Below the pieces are notes generated by a model. That model worked only from the letters and a program-made list of their open reading frames with translations, did not search any database and had not been told where the DNA came from. DNA of 64,000 nucleotides from Candidatus Cloacimonadales bacterium (lineage in GTDB: Bacteria > Cloacimonadota > Cloacimonadia > Cloacimonadales > JAFGVF01): the NCBI GenBank assembly GCA_963677495.2, contig CAXXOU010000004.1, positions 192,001 through 256,000 on the forward strand. The letters run 5' to 3'. Of the stretch, positions 50,025-60,267 are shown one piece after another (within the stretch, counting starts at the first letter, position 1; each line of letters starts with the position of its first letter). The position numbers were made by a program, and so were the translations under genes.

Positions 50025-50280
50025 TGTGCGACCCATATAGGGTCGAAATCACTTTTTTGGGAACAGAGACCATGGGCTTACGCCACATGGCTATTCACAT
50101 TCTGTCCTTATCGGACAGGGAGAAGAGCTAATAGCTTGTAGCCTATAGCCTATAGCTTACAGTTAATAGTTAGTGTTGTTCGTTAGGGTCGCAATTCCCC
50201 GAACTCCCTTTGGTCGTAATGGTGACCGCTACTGTTTATTCAATTCTCGAAGATGCGGACAGGATGTCCGCGGTCCCAGT
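50025..50280. repeat. REP-like hairpins and heptamer tandem repeat
   Basis: CGACCC-atata-GGGTCG, CCATGGGC...CATGGCTA, CTGTCC-ttatc-GGACAG; TAGCYTA-like 7-mers 50125-50173; GCGGACA-gga-TGTCCGC 50255-50271. Confidence 0.65.
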
Positions 50281-50350
50281 TAGACAATTTATTTGACTTT
50301 TTATGCTAGTTATGTTATATATGGATTGTATGAATAAAAGGAAGTGAATT

Positions 50351-51655
50351 ATGCAAAATCCTACAAAGACAATACTGAAAAAGCGTGATGGAGGGCAGTT
50401 AACTGCCTCAGAGATAAAGCATTTTATTGAATCATATTTAAAGGGAGTGGTTCCTGAGTACCAGATGTCAGCGATGCTGATGGCAATATATATGAAAGGA
50501 ATGGTTCCGGAAGAGATAGCAACACTTACAGATGTATACATAAAATCCGGTGATTTCATTGAATTCCCTAATGACATTATTACAGTTGATAAACACTCAA
50601 CCGGTGGAGTAGGTGATAAGATATCTTTGATGTTAGCACCGCTTGTAGCTTCTTTTGGAGTTCATGTTCCTATGATATCAGGCCGTGGCTTAGGTCATAC
50701 CGGTGGTACTTTAGATAAGTTAGATTCTATCCCCGGTTTCAAAACCAATATAGAAACAGAAGAGTTTAAGCGCATTGTGACTGAAGTTGGTTTGTCTATT
50801 ATAGGTCAGACTGAAAGACTTGTTCCTGCTGATAAGAGAATTTATGCCCTCAGAGATGTGACTGCTACTGTAGAAAGCTTACCACTTATCACAGCCAGTA
50901 TTATGAGTAAGAAGATAGCAGAAGGAGCAAAGAACCTTGTTGTTGACCTTAAAGTTGGTGAAGGTGCTTTCATGGACTCTATGGAAAAGGCTGAACAGCT
51001 AGCTGAACTTCTCATAAACACAGGTGAACAATTCGGACAGAAGGTTACAGTTGTCTTTACTAATATGAATGCTCCACTTGGTTTCTATGTCGGTAACTCA
51101 TTGGAAGTAATCGAGACTTTCGAATATCTCAAAGGTAAACATATACCTGATGTAGACCTTATAACAAGAACTCTCGCTACTGAGATGCTGATAATGACCG
51201 GTAAATACACTGACTGGAACAAAGCTTTCAATGAAACAGGTGTTAAGATTGCTGATGGTACAGCTCTTAAATATTGGGAGAAGATGCTGGAAGTACAGGG
51301 GGCTGATATGAGAGTTTGCAATGACTACAGTCTCTTCCCAAAAGCTAAATATGAAATCCCAATCGTATCACACAAATCAGGTAGAATCAAACGCATTGAT
51401 AGTAGAGCTATCGGATATGCACTTATAGATGTTAAAGCCGGACGCAGAAAGATAACAGATGAACTTGATTTTAGCTCAGGTGCTCTCCTAACTCATAAGA
51501 TTGGCAATGGTGTCTTTGAGAATGAAGACTTAGGCGTTGTATATTGCAACAACAAAGCAGACGGTGAGAAAGTTGCCAAGTTCATTGCCCAGTGTTATGA
51601 GATAGTACCTGATGAGGTAGAAAAGCAGGATGTGATATTGGGGATTTGGAGATAG
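50351..51655 (+). CDS. pdp: Pyrimidine-nucleoside (thymidine) phosphorylase
   Basis: DKHSTGGVGDK, SGRGLGHTGGTLDKL, YALRDVT, SIMSKK. Confidence 0.95.
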   Translation: MQNPTKTILKKRDGGQLTASEIKHFIESYLKGVVPEYQMSAMLMAIYMKGMVPEEIATLTDVYIKSGDFIEFPNDIITVDKHSTGGVGDKISLMLAPLVASFGVHVPMISGRGLGHTGGTLDKLDSIPGFKTNIETEEFKRIVTEVGLSIIGQTERLVPADKRIYALRDVTATVESLPLITASIMSKKIAEGAKNLVVDLKVGEGAFMDSMEKAEQLAELLINTGEQFGQKVTVVFTNMNAPLGFYVGNSLEVIETFEYLKGKHIPDVDLITRTLATEMLIMTGKYTDWNKAFNETGVKIADGTALKYWEKMLEVQGADMRVCNDYSLFPKAKYEIPIVSHKSGRIKRIDSRAIGYALIDVKAGRRKITDELDFSSGALLTHKIGNGVFENEDLGVVYCNNKADGEKVAKFIAQCYEIVPDEVEKQDVILGIWR

Positions 51656-51678
51656 GTTTTAGTCAATAGCCACGTTTC

Positions 51679-52030
51679 GTAGAACGTTTCTCCGGAACGT
51701 TTGACCCGATAGGGTCACAAAATACTAGCCAATGGGTCCACGACCCATGGACATGAAACAATGAGACCGCAATCCGATTAGGATTGCACTAATCCCATTC
51801 CCCAAACAGAGGTATAATGCAATCCATGTAGGATTGAAATTACATTAACCCAGACCATGGATCGTGGACCCATTGGCTAGTATTATGCTTTCCTCCGGAA
51901 AGAGATTGTAACAGTAGCTCGAGTCCATCTCAGTCCTACTGGTGACAGCTTCGAAAACACTGCTGTCTGCATTTTAGGAAGTCCGTTTCCGCTACGCAAG
52001 CTACGCATCAGACAAACTCCCTGAAATGCG
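51679..52030. repeat. REPIN-like inverted doublet and dispersed repeats
   Basis: IR AATACTAGCCAATGGGTCCACGA (51721) / TCGTGGACCCATTGGCTAGTATT (to 51884); inner GCAATCC-N5-GGATTG hairpins; 51969-52028 matches 37461-37510 inverted. Confidence 0.75.
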
Positions 52031-52216
52031 ATCAATTCCTCCGAATTGTACATTTGCAATAACCCCTTATCTCTTCCGTAAAGCCTGTGAATTACTTGAC
52101 ATGTTATTTAATCTCTTTAATTATTGTACTGCAACTCATAAGGAAAGAAAGTTAATAAACGATTTATTAGTCTATAGGATAATTGATAGAGATTCTTAAA
52201 ATGATTTGGAGTAGTT

Positions 52217-53614
52217 ATGAAAAAACTTTTGTTTGTACTAATTGTAGTAGTTTTACTACCTGTTGCTTTGTTTTCTCAGGATACTTGGGATAGAATTATA
52301 CATCCCTTTGATGATAATTACTTTAATTTCAGAATCTATGAGATCATAAAGTGTAATGACAATGGATATGCCATAAGAGGTTATTGTGATTATGCAGCAA
52401 GTGAGGAGGTGTTTGAAATTAGAACTTATATTACAAAGATAAACTCTACCGGTTATATTGAATGGACTCAACAGGATTCGCTTTCGGGATATAGTGAATA
52501 CAACTTATATGATCAAGTTGGTTTTACTCAAACTAACGATGGTGGTTTTATTGTAGCTGCCAAATATAGTTTATTTAAGTATGACCAAGATGGAAATCGA
52601 GAATGGGAAGATACAAATATCGAAAACAATCCGTTTGTTTACAGTTCGATAGAGTCAGATCAAGATGGCAACGTATATGTAACCGGATCAGTTAACGGAA
52701 TACCCGTGATAAAAGTTATTGATGAAGACAATAATATAATCTGGGAAGAGTCATATGCATGGGATGATATAACTATGGGGAATGCAATCAAACTAAAACC
52801 TTATATCTCTGATGGATTTCTTTGTATTTTTTCCGTTGATTATCAGACTGAAGGACTCTATGGACTTCGAATAGTATATTTTAATAGTGAAAGAGAAATT
52901 GTCTGGAGCTATGATACAATTGATAACCCTGAGTTTCATGGTTTTTGTCAATCAATAACATATTCTTTGTTTGATGACTATTTCTATATAAATAATGCCA
53001 ACTCTGTACTTATCCTAGATAGTCAGGGAGTATATATAAATTCTTTTAGTTATTTACCAAGATCAATGCATGAGCTGAAGGCATATACTGATGATACATT
53101 TATTTCAAGAGTATCAGGAGGTTATGAAGTTTATGATAGAACCACTTTCGAGATAACCTATTCTTCACAAAATGAAACAGGTTTAGATTTAGGAAATATA
53201 TACGGGTTTAAATCTTTTGAAATCCTAGAGGATGGATATATGATTACATGTGGTACAACATGGGAGGGAAACATTCATATTTTTAAAACGAACTCCCTAG
53301 GCGCAGTACCTATAGAAGAAGATACATCAACTCCGCAGTGCCAACTGAAGTTAAACAGTTATCCGAACCCATTCAATCCGCAGTCCACAATTGAATACTA
53401 TGTGCCAAAACGAGGATTGGTTGATGTTAGTGTATATAACGTAAAAGGCCAGAAAGTACGTATTTTAATGAACAAATTACATAATCAAGGAACATATTCT
53501 ATTGTCTGGGATGGGAAAGATAGTAACAATAAACCTGTTTCATCCGGTATATATTTCTATAATGTTAAAACAGAGGACCAGATACAGACTAAGAAGTGTA
53601 TTCTGATGAAATAA
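52217..53614 (+). CDS. Secreted beta-propeller-like protein with FlgD-Ig/T9SS-like C-terminal domain
   Basis: Signal peptide; TNDGGFI/KYDQDGNREW repeats; SYPNPFNP...YNVKGQ...WDGKD...SSGIYFY...KCILMK. Confidence 0.75.
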   Translation: MKKLLFVLIVVVLLPVALFSQDTWDRIIHPFDDNYFNFRIYEIIKCNDNGYAIRGYCDYAASEEVFEIRTYITKINSTGYIEWTQQDSLSGYSEYNLYDQVGFTQTNDGGFIVAAKYSLFKYDQDGNREWEDTNIENNPFVYSSIESDQDGNVYVTGSVNGIPVIKVIDEDNNIIWEESYAWDDITMGNAIKLKPYISDGFLCIFSVDYQTEGLYGLRIVYFNSEREIVWSYDTIDNPEFHGFCQSITYSLFDDYFYINNANSVLILDSQGVYINSFSYLPRSMHELKAYTDDTFISRVSGGYEVYDRTTFEITYSSQNETGLDLGNIYGFKSFEILEDGYMITCGTTWEGNIHIFKTNSLGAVPIEEDTSTPQCQLKLNSYPNPFNPQSTIEYYVPKRGLVDVSVYNVKGQKVRILMNKLHNQGTYSIVWDGKDSNNKPVSSGIYFYNVKTEDQIQTKKCILMK

Positions 53615-53996
53615 TCGATAAAGAAAAGGAAATAATAGACCAATGCTTAGGTATTGGTCTATTATTCTATAAGCGTTAGGATTACTGTTTTACTTTATGC
53701 TCATGAGCCTAGTGTACGTATTAAGTTAATAATGAGAAAATCACTTGACGTTAACAATGAATTAATTTCATTTAATCATAATTGAAAGATGAAGCATAGA
53801 TGTGTGTACGTAATAAATAGTGCGTAATTAGGTAAAAATTGTTTAACATGGTTGAAGTGTTAAGAAAAGTTCTAATAGTAATTGAGATAAGTACTTATTG
53901 AAAGTTCTTGACACATGAGTCGGTCAAAATAATTTGTGCTGAAATTGTCTTTAAATAAGTTAAGATAGATAAGTAAGATATAAATAAGGAGACATC

Positions 53997-54182
53997 ATGC
54001 CAGTACCTAAACGGAAGACATCTAAGACACGTAGAGATAAGAGACGTACTCATTATAAGATTTCTGCTCCTGCCTTCAGTGTGTGTCCAACCTGTGGCGA
54101 ACCATTCAAGCCACATAATGTATGCAAAGCATGCGGATCATACAAAGGAAAGCAGGTTATCGAAGTAAAGAGTGATAAATAG
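53997..54182 (+). CDS. rpmF: 50S ribosomal protein L32
   Basis: [19 protein letters not shown], CxxC...HxxCxxCG. Confidence 0.97.
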   Translation: MPVPKRKTSKTRRDKRRTHYKISAPAFSVCPTCGEPFKPHNVCKACGSYKGKQVIEVKSDK

Positions 54183-54184
54183 GG

Positions 54185-55180
54185 ATGCAAATAGCTTTAG
54201 ACGCATTTGGCAGTGATCACGCACCTTATCCAGAAGTGGAAGGTGCGGTTCTTGCTATTAGGGAGAATATTTGTGACAAGATATTCCTCGTGGGCAAGGA
54301 AGACATTCTAGCCAAAGAGTTGGAAAAGTATTTTTACGATAAGTCCAGAATTGAGATAGTTCCGGCATCAGAACGAATAGAGATGAGTGATAAGGCTGTA
54401 AAGGCTGTTCGCAAGAAGAAAGACTCATCTTTAGTGCGAACTGTGGAACTTCACAAAGAGGGAATTGCGGATGCTGCTGTTAGTGCAGGGAATACCGGTG
54501 CAGTTATGAGTGCATCTTTATTCTCATATAAACGCATTAATAATATCATGCGTCCGGCACTTGCTGTTGTTTTCCCAACAGCAGAAAACCCGGTTATACT
54601 TCTGGATGTTGGTGCCAATGTTGATTGTTCACCGGAGCATCTTCAGCAGTTTGCAGTCTTAGGAACTTTATATAGTCAGTATTTCTTTCAAACTAAATCA
54701 CCGAGAGTATCTTTATTAAACATTGGTGAAGAGGCGGAGAAAGGAAATGATCTGGTTAAGCGGACATACGAGTTACTTTCCAACGAAGAGAGAATTAACT
54801 TTCATGGAAACATTGAAGGTAAGTATCTTCTTCAGGGAGGAACAGATGTTATCGTATGTGATGGATTTGTTGGAAATGTGATGTTGAAGACCTTTGAAGG
54901 TTCAGTTCTTTCTGTTCTTAAGATTATTAAAGAACAGATAGCTAAGGACTGGATAGCAAAGATCGGAGCATTGCTTTCTTTCCCTGCTTATGCATATCTA
55001 AAAAAACGATTAGACCACACTGAATACGGTGGTTCACTCCTTGTTGGAGTAAGAGGTATTACGATAATCGGACATGGCAGTTCAAATGCCCAGTCAATAA
55101 AGAATGCTGTAAAGTATGCGACTAGAATCGTAGATTCAGGTTTCGTAAAGCATTCAATCGATTATTTTGAAAGGCAGTAA
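54185..55180 (+). CDS. plsX: Phosphate acyltransferase
   Basis: IALDAFGSDHAP, SAGNTGA, LDVGAN, DGFVGNV, GHGSS. Confidence 0.96.
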   Translation: MQIALDAFGSDHAPYPEVEGAVLAIRENICDKIFLVGKEDILAKELEKYFYDKSRIEIVPASERIEMSDKAVKAVRKKKDSSLVRTVELHKEGIADAAVSAGNTGAVMSASLFSYKRINNIMRPALAVVFPTAENPVILLDVGANVDCSPEHLQQFAVLGTLYSQYFFQTKSPRVSLLNIGEEAEKGNDLVKRTYELLSNEERINFHGNIEGKYLLQGGTDVIVCDGFVGNVMLKTFEGSVLSVLKIIKEQIAKDWIAKIGALLSFPAYAYLKKRLDHTEYGGSLLVGVRGITIIGHGSSNAQSIKNAVKYATRIVDSGFVKHSIDYFERQ

Positions 55181-55182
55181 TT

Positions 55183-56172
55183 ATGAAATATAAAGCAAAG
55201 TATACTGCATTTGGTCGTTATGTTCCAGAGAAGATTTTGAACAATCACGATCTTGAGAAGATTGTTGATACAAATGATGAATGGATCAGAACAAGAACCG
55301 GAATGTTTGAAAGGAGAATTGCAGCTCCTGAACAGGCAGCAAGTGACTTGGCTACTAAAGCAGCCGAAAACTGTATTGAAAACTCAAATATAAAATATAA
55401 AGATATCGATATGATTATCTGTGGAACAATTTCACCGGACCATGCTTTCCCATCTACTGCATGTTTTGTTCAGAAGAACTTAGGTCTTAAAGGAATCCCT
55501 GCTTTTGATATATCTGCAGGATGCCCCGGATTTATCTATGCTTCTGATATTGCAAGACAGTTTGTGGAGAATGGAACTAAGAAGAATGTTTTGGTTATTG
55601 GTGTTGAATTACTCTCAAAAATCCTTAACTGGAATGATAGAAATACCTGTGTTCTTTTTGGTGATGGTGCCGGAGCAGCAATTATTTCAAGAGCCCAGAG
55701 TAATGAGACTTCACAGATTATTGATTCAGAGATTCTTGCTGATGGAAACTATACCGAACTTCTAGTTCAGGAAGCCGGTGGTTCAAGAAACCCTGCAAGT
55801 GAAGAGACTGTTAGAGAAAATCAACATACAGTTTCAATGCAGGGAAATAGAGTGTTCAAATTGGCTGTGAAATCCATGTACTCAGTTAGCGAAACTGTTG
55901 TGAAGAGAAACAACATGGGTTTCAATGACCTTGACTGGCTAGTTCCTCATCAGGCAAATATGAGAATTATTGAAAGTCTTGGTAATAAGATGAAGATTAA
56001 TAAAGATAAGGTAATAGTTAATATTCAGAAATATGCTAATACCTCATCAGCAACTATTCCAATTGCTATAGCAGAAGCTATTGAAGAGGGTAAGATTAGG
56101 CGTGGAGATGTTATTAATACTGTATCTTTTGGTGCCGGATTAACCTGGGGTAGTGTACTCTTCAGATTTTAG
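55183..56172 (+). CDS. fabH: Beta-ketoacyl-ACP synthase III
   Basis: AGCPGF, LFGDGAGA, PHQAN, NTSSATIP, FGAGLTWG. Confidence 0.96.
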   Translation: MKYKAKYTAFGRYVPEKILNNHDLEKIVDTNDEWIRTRTGMFERRIAAPEQAASDLATKAAENCIENSNIKYKDIDMIICGTISPDHAFPSTACFVQKNLGLKGIPAFDISAGCPGFIYASDIARQFVENGTKKNVLVIGVELLSKILNWNDRNTCVLFGDGAGAAIISRAQSNETSQIIDSEILADGNYTELLVQEAGGSRNPASEETVRENQHTVSMQGNRVFKLAVKSMYSVSETVVKRNNMGFNDLDWLVPHQANMRIIESLGNKMKINKDKVIVNIQKYANTSSATIPIAIAEAIEEGKIRRGDVINTVSFGAGLTWGSVLFRF

Positions 56173-56181
56173 GAGATAGTA

Positions 56182-57138
56182 ATGAAATTTACAAATAAAG
56201 AGATTGCTTTTGTTTTCCCGGGACAGGGAGCACAATATATAGGTATGACTTCTGATTTTCAGGAAGCAAACCCACATTTAAAAGAGATTTTAACTAAGTT
56301 TGATGAAGTTCACAATACTAAGCTAGCCGGAATAATGATGGATGGCCCTGAAAGTGAACTTAAAGAGACTAAATATACACAACCTGCAATTCTCTTCCAT
56401 AGCTATTGTGCTTGGAAAAGTTTTGTAGAGAAAGCTGATATAACACCAAGTTTTGTTGCCGGACATTCATTAGGAGAGTTTTCTGCTCTTGTTGCGAATG
56501 GAGTGCTTTCAGTAGAAGATGCAATGCACCTTGTTCATAGAAGAGGACAGTTCATGATTGATGCTAATGGTGATCAACCATATGCAATGTATGCAATTAT
56601 TGGAATGGACTCAGAAGGTGTTAAAGCTGCATGTGAAGAAGCTCAGAGCGAAGGTGTAGTAATTGCTGCAAACTTCAATACTCCGGTTCAGACTGTTATA
56701 TCAGGAAGTGAAGCCGGAGTTAAAAAAGCTGCTGAAATCTGCAAAGCTAATAAAGCTAAAAGAACTATTCCTTTAACTGTTGGTGGTCCTTTCCATTCTC
56801 CACTTATTGAAAAAGCCGGAGTATGGTTAAACGAAGAGATGCAGAGCATGAACTTCAAGAATACAGCTATTCCTGTTGTTTCTAATGTTGACGCAGAACC
56901 AGCTTCAGAAGGATCTAAGATTATCGATAATCTTACAAAACAGGTAACTTCATCAGTACTCTGGGTTGACTGTGTTAAAAGAATGGTTGCAGAGGGTGTG
57001 AAAGTCTTTATTGAGTTCGGACCAAACAAAGTTCTTAGCGGAATGATAAAAAAAATAGACAGGAATGCAATTGTTTATAACGTTGATAAACTTTCAGATA
57101 TAGAAACAGTTTTAGAAGGATTGAACAATGCTGAATAG
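56182..57138 (+). CDS. fabD: Malonyl-CoA:ACP transacylase
   Basis: FPGQGAQ, GHSLGE, GPFHS. Confidence 0.96.
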   Translation: MKFTNKEIAFVFPGQGAQYIGMTSDFQEANPHLKEILTKFDEVHNTKLAGIMMDGPESELKETKYTQPAILFHSYCAWKSFVEKADITPSFVAGHSLGEFSALVANGVLSVEDAMHLVHRRGQFMIDANGDQPYAMYAIIGMDSEGVKAACEEAQSEGVVIAANFNTPVQTVISGSEAGVKKAAEICKANKAKRTIPLTVGGPFHSPLIEKAGVWLNEEMQSMNFKNTAIPVVSNVDAEPASEGSKIIDNLTKQVTSSVLWVDCVKRMVAEGVKVFIEFGPNKVLSGMIKKIDRNAIVYNVDKLSDIETVLEGLNNAE

Positions 57139-57874
57139 ATTAAATGATAAGGTTACAATTGTAACTGGTAGTGCACGTGGCATAGGTTTTGGTATTGCAG
57201 AGAGATTTGCAGAAGAAGGTGCACTGGTTGTTATACTTGATCTTATGCAAGATGCTGTAGATGAAGCTGTAGCTAAGCTTACAGCTAAAGGTTATAAAGC
57301 TGAAGGTTATGCAGCGAATGTTACAGATGGTGACAAAGTAGCAGAGATTTATAAAGAGTTAAGTAAAAAACATGGACATATTGATGTACTTATCAATAAT
57401 GCCGGTATTACTAAAGATAACCTTATCATGCGAATGAAAGAATCTGATTGGGATGCAGTAATTGCAGTTAACCTTAAAGGTACGTTTATTTGTACACAGA
57501 AGTTAAGCAGATACCTTCTTAAACAAAAAGCCGGAGTGATAGTAAATATTGCTTCTGTTATCGGAATCATGGGAAATGCAGGTCAAGCAAACTACGCTGC
57601 TTCTAAAGGTGGAGTAATAGCTTTGACTAAATCTACTGCTAAAGAGTTTGCTTCAAGAGGCATTAGAGTAAATGCAGTTGCACCAGGATTTATTGAAACT
57701 GAGATGACACAAAATCTCGGAGAAGACGTTATTGCTGAATATGCTAAAGCTATTCCATTAAATAAAATGGGTTCAGTGAAGAACGTTGCAGACTTATGTT
57801 TATTCCTAGCTTCAGATGAAGCAGAATATATTACCGGACAGGTCATCAATGTTGATGGCGGTCTAATTATCTAA
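57128..57874 (+). CDS. fabG: 3-oxoacyl-ACP reductase
   Basis: TGSARGIG, NNAGITKD, NYAASK, PGFIET. Confidence 0.96.
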   Translation: MLNRLNDKVTIVTGSARGIGFGIAERFAEEGALVVILDLMQDAVDEAVAKLTAKGYKAEGYAANVTDGDKVAEIYKELSKKHGHIDVLINNAGITKDNLIMRMKESDWDAVIAVNLKGTFICTQKLSRYLLKQKAGVIVNIASVIGIMGNAGQANYAASKGGVIALTKSTAKEFASRGIRVNAVAPGFIETEMTQNLGEDVIAEYAKAIPLNKMGSVKNVADLCLFLASDEAEYITGQVINVDGGLII

Positions 57875-57902
57875 GAGTATAAATAAAACTTAGGAGGATA
57901 TA

Positions 57903-58139
57903 ATGGATATCGCACAAGAAGTAAAAAAAATCATAATGGAAGAATTAAACGTAGATGAAAGTCAAATCACAGATGAAGCTAACTTCATCGATGATTTAGG
58001 TGCTGATTCATTAGATACAGTTGAGCTTGTAATGAAGTTCGAAGACAAATTTGATATTGAGATTCCTGAAGAAGATCAGGACAAACTTCGTACAGTTGGT
58101 CAAGCTATCAGTTATCTTACTTCAAAACTTAACGGTTAA
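57903..58139 (+). CDS. acpP: Acyl carrier protein
   Basis: [14 protein letters not shown]. Confidence 0.97.
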   Translation: MDIAQEVKKIIMEELNVDESQITDEANFIDDLGADSLDTVELVMKFEDKFDIEIPEEDQDKLRTVGQAISYLTSKLNG

Positions 58140-58218
58140 TCTTAGAAATTTAAGGTTGTTCGGGTGCCAGCATTTGGACAACCTTTTCTATTCTAATCAT
58201 TAATGAACAGAGGTTTTT

Positions 58219-59454
58219 ATGAAAAGAAGAGTTGTTATTACAGGTTTAGGAACCATAAACCCTGTAGGAAATAGTGTTGAAGAAACATGGACTAATCTCT
58301 TAGCCGGTAAGGTTGGAATTAGAGATATTGATAGATTCGACACAGAGAAGTTTGGTGTGAAGTTTGCTGCTCAAATTAATGGGTACAATGCTGCAGACCA
58401 TTTTGATGTTAAAGAAGCTAGAAAAATAGACTTATATGCCCAGTATGCTGTTGTAGCTGCTCGTCAGGCTATGGAAGATTCAGGACTTAAAGATTTCGAT
58501 TTCAATCCTGATAGATTTGGATGTATTACAGGTGCCGGTATCGGTGGTATTCATACTTTTGAAGAGGAAGTAGAGAAGAAAGTGAATAAAGGACCTAGAC
58601 GTATCAGTCCGTTTTTTATTCCTAAGATGATATCAAACATTGCATCAGCTCACATCTCAATTGAACATAACTTAAAGGGTATTAATTTTAACGTTGTTTC
58701 TGCGTGTGCAAGCTCAAACCATGCAATTGGTACTGCATTTAGATCTATCCAATACGGAGATGCTGATTTAGTACTTACAACAGGATGTGAGGCTTCTGTT
58801 TCACCTATGGCTGTTGGTGGTTTCACTTCAATGAAAGCACTTTCTACCAGAAACGATGATCCTGCTACCGCTAGCAGACCTTTTGATAAAGATAGAGACG
58901 GTTTCGTAATCTCTGAAGGTGCAGCAGTACTTGTTCTTGAAGAACTTGAACACGCCAAAGCTCGTGGAGCAAAGATTTATGCTGAGCTACTTGGTTATGG
59001 AGCTACTGCAGATGCTTACCATATTACCGCTCCAACAGAGACAGGTGAAGGTAGTACAAGAGCAATCAAAATGGCTCTTGCAGATGCAGGATTAAAACCT
59101 GAAGATATCGACTATGTTAATGCTCATGGAACATCAACTCCATTGAATGATGTTACTGAAACAAGATCTATTAAAACAGTTTTTGGTGAGCATGCTTATA
59201 ACTTAAAAATTAGCTCCACTAAGTCAATGGTTGGTCATATGTTGGGTGCAGCAGCAGCTATGGAAGCTATTGTTTGTATCAAATCAATTAATGATCAGAA
59301 AATACATAAGACAGCTAATTTAGTAAATCCCGATGCAGAATGTGATTTAGATTATGTTATGGGTGAGTCAATTGATCATAAGGTTACTTACGCACTAAGT
59401 AACTCTCTTGGTTTTGGTGGTCAGAACTCAGCAATTGTTATTGGAAAATACTGA
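58219..59454 (+). CDS. fabF: Beta-ketoacyl-ACP synthase II
   Basis: RVVITGLG, SACASS, NAHGTST, GHMLGAA, NSLGFGG. Confidence 0.96.
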   Translation: MKRRVVITGLGTINPVGNSVEETWTNLLAGKVGIRDIDRFDTEKFGVKFAAQINGYNAADHFDVKEARKIDLYAQYAVVAARQAMEDSGLKDFDFNPDRFGCITGAGIGGIHTFEEEVEKKVNKGPRRISPFFIPKMISNIASAHISIEHNLKGINFNVVSACASSNHAIGTAFRSIQYGDADLVLTTGCEASVSPMAVGGFTSMKALSTRNDDPATASRPFDKDRDGFVISEGAAVLVLEELEHAKARGAKIYAELLGYGATADAYHITAPTETGEGSTRAIKMALADAGLKPEDIDYVNAHGTSTPLNDVTETRSIKTVFGEHAYNLKISSTKSMVGHMLGAAAAMEAIVCIKSINDQKIHKTANLVNPDAECDLDYVMGESIDHKVTYALSNSLGFGGQNSAIVIGKY

Positions 59455-59493
59455 TTTTATGGGGGCTAATGCCCCCTCATTTCAGAGGTAGTA

Positions 59494-60267
59494 TTGAATA
59501 CAATTATAAAACGTCTATCCGGTATATTCAATTCTCGTCGTGAAACGATAATAATTGAAGATAGCGAATGGGAAGAGAAACTTCAAGAGTTTCAAAAAAG
59601 AATAAACTATAAGTTCAATGATGTAAATCTCCTGAAAAGTGCTTTTACGCACAACTCATATTTCAGGAAGAAAGCACCTTACGCCTGCTCTATTTCACCA
59701 TTTGAACGAATGGAGTTCCTAGGAGATTCGATTCTAGGTCTGTTCGTGTCGCAAGAGTTATTCCTTACTTTCCCGGAGAGCCAGGAAGGTACTTTGTCAA
59801 AGATGAAATCAAAGATTGTATCAGAGAAGTATCTTACCGTAAAAGCTAAAGAGATTGAGCTCGGAAGCTATTTAATGCTGAGTGATGATGAGGATAGAAA
59901 TGGAGGTCGAAAACGTCCGTCAATCCTATCTGATGCCATGGAAGCATTAATATGTGCTGTATATCTTGATAGCGACCTTGAAGAGGCTGGAGCTTTAGTT
60001 AGAAATATAGTCCTTACTAACTTTAGGAAGCTTATAAATCAAGATGAATTAAAGAACTTTAAGAGCATTCTACAGGAATATAGTCAATCTAAATTCCAAA
60101 CACCTCCTACTTACGAAAAAGATGGAGAAATTGGTCCAGATCATAATAAAACATTTATCATGAGTGTGTTTATTAATGGTGAAAAAGTTGGAACAGGTTC
60201 AGGTTCGAGTAAAAAAGAAGCCCAACAAAACGCTGCGAAAGAAGCATGTAATCTACTAAACATATAA
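59494..60267 (+). CDS. rnc: Ribonuclease III
   Basis: ERMEFLGDSIL, DAMEALI, dsRBD KSILQE...GPDH...KKEAQQNAA. Confidence 0.95.
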   Translation: MNTIIKRLSGIFNSRRETIIIEDSEWEEKLQEFQKRINYKFNDVNLLKSAFTHNSYFRKKAPYACSISPFERMEFLGDSILGLFVSQELFLTFPESQEGTLSKMKSKIVSEKYLTVKAKEIELGSYLMLSDDEDRNGGRKRPSILSDAMEALICAVYLDSDLEEAGALVRNIVLTNFRKLINQDELKNFKSILQEYSQSKFQTPPTYEKDGEIGPDHNKTFIMSVFINGEKVGTGSGSSKKEAQQNAAKEACNLLNI

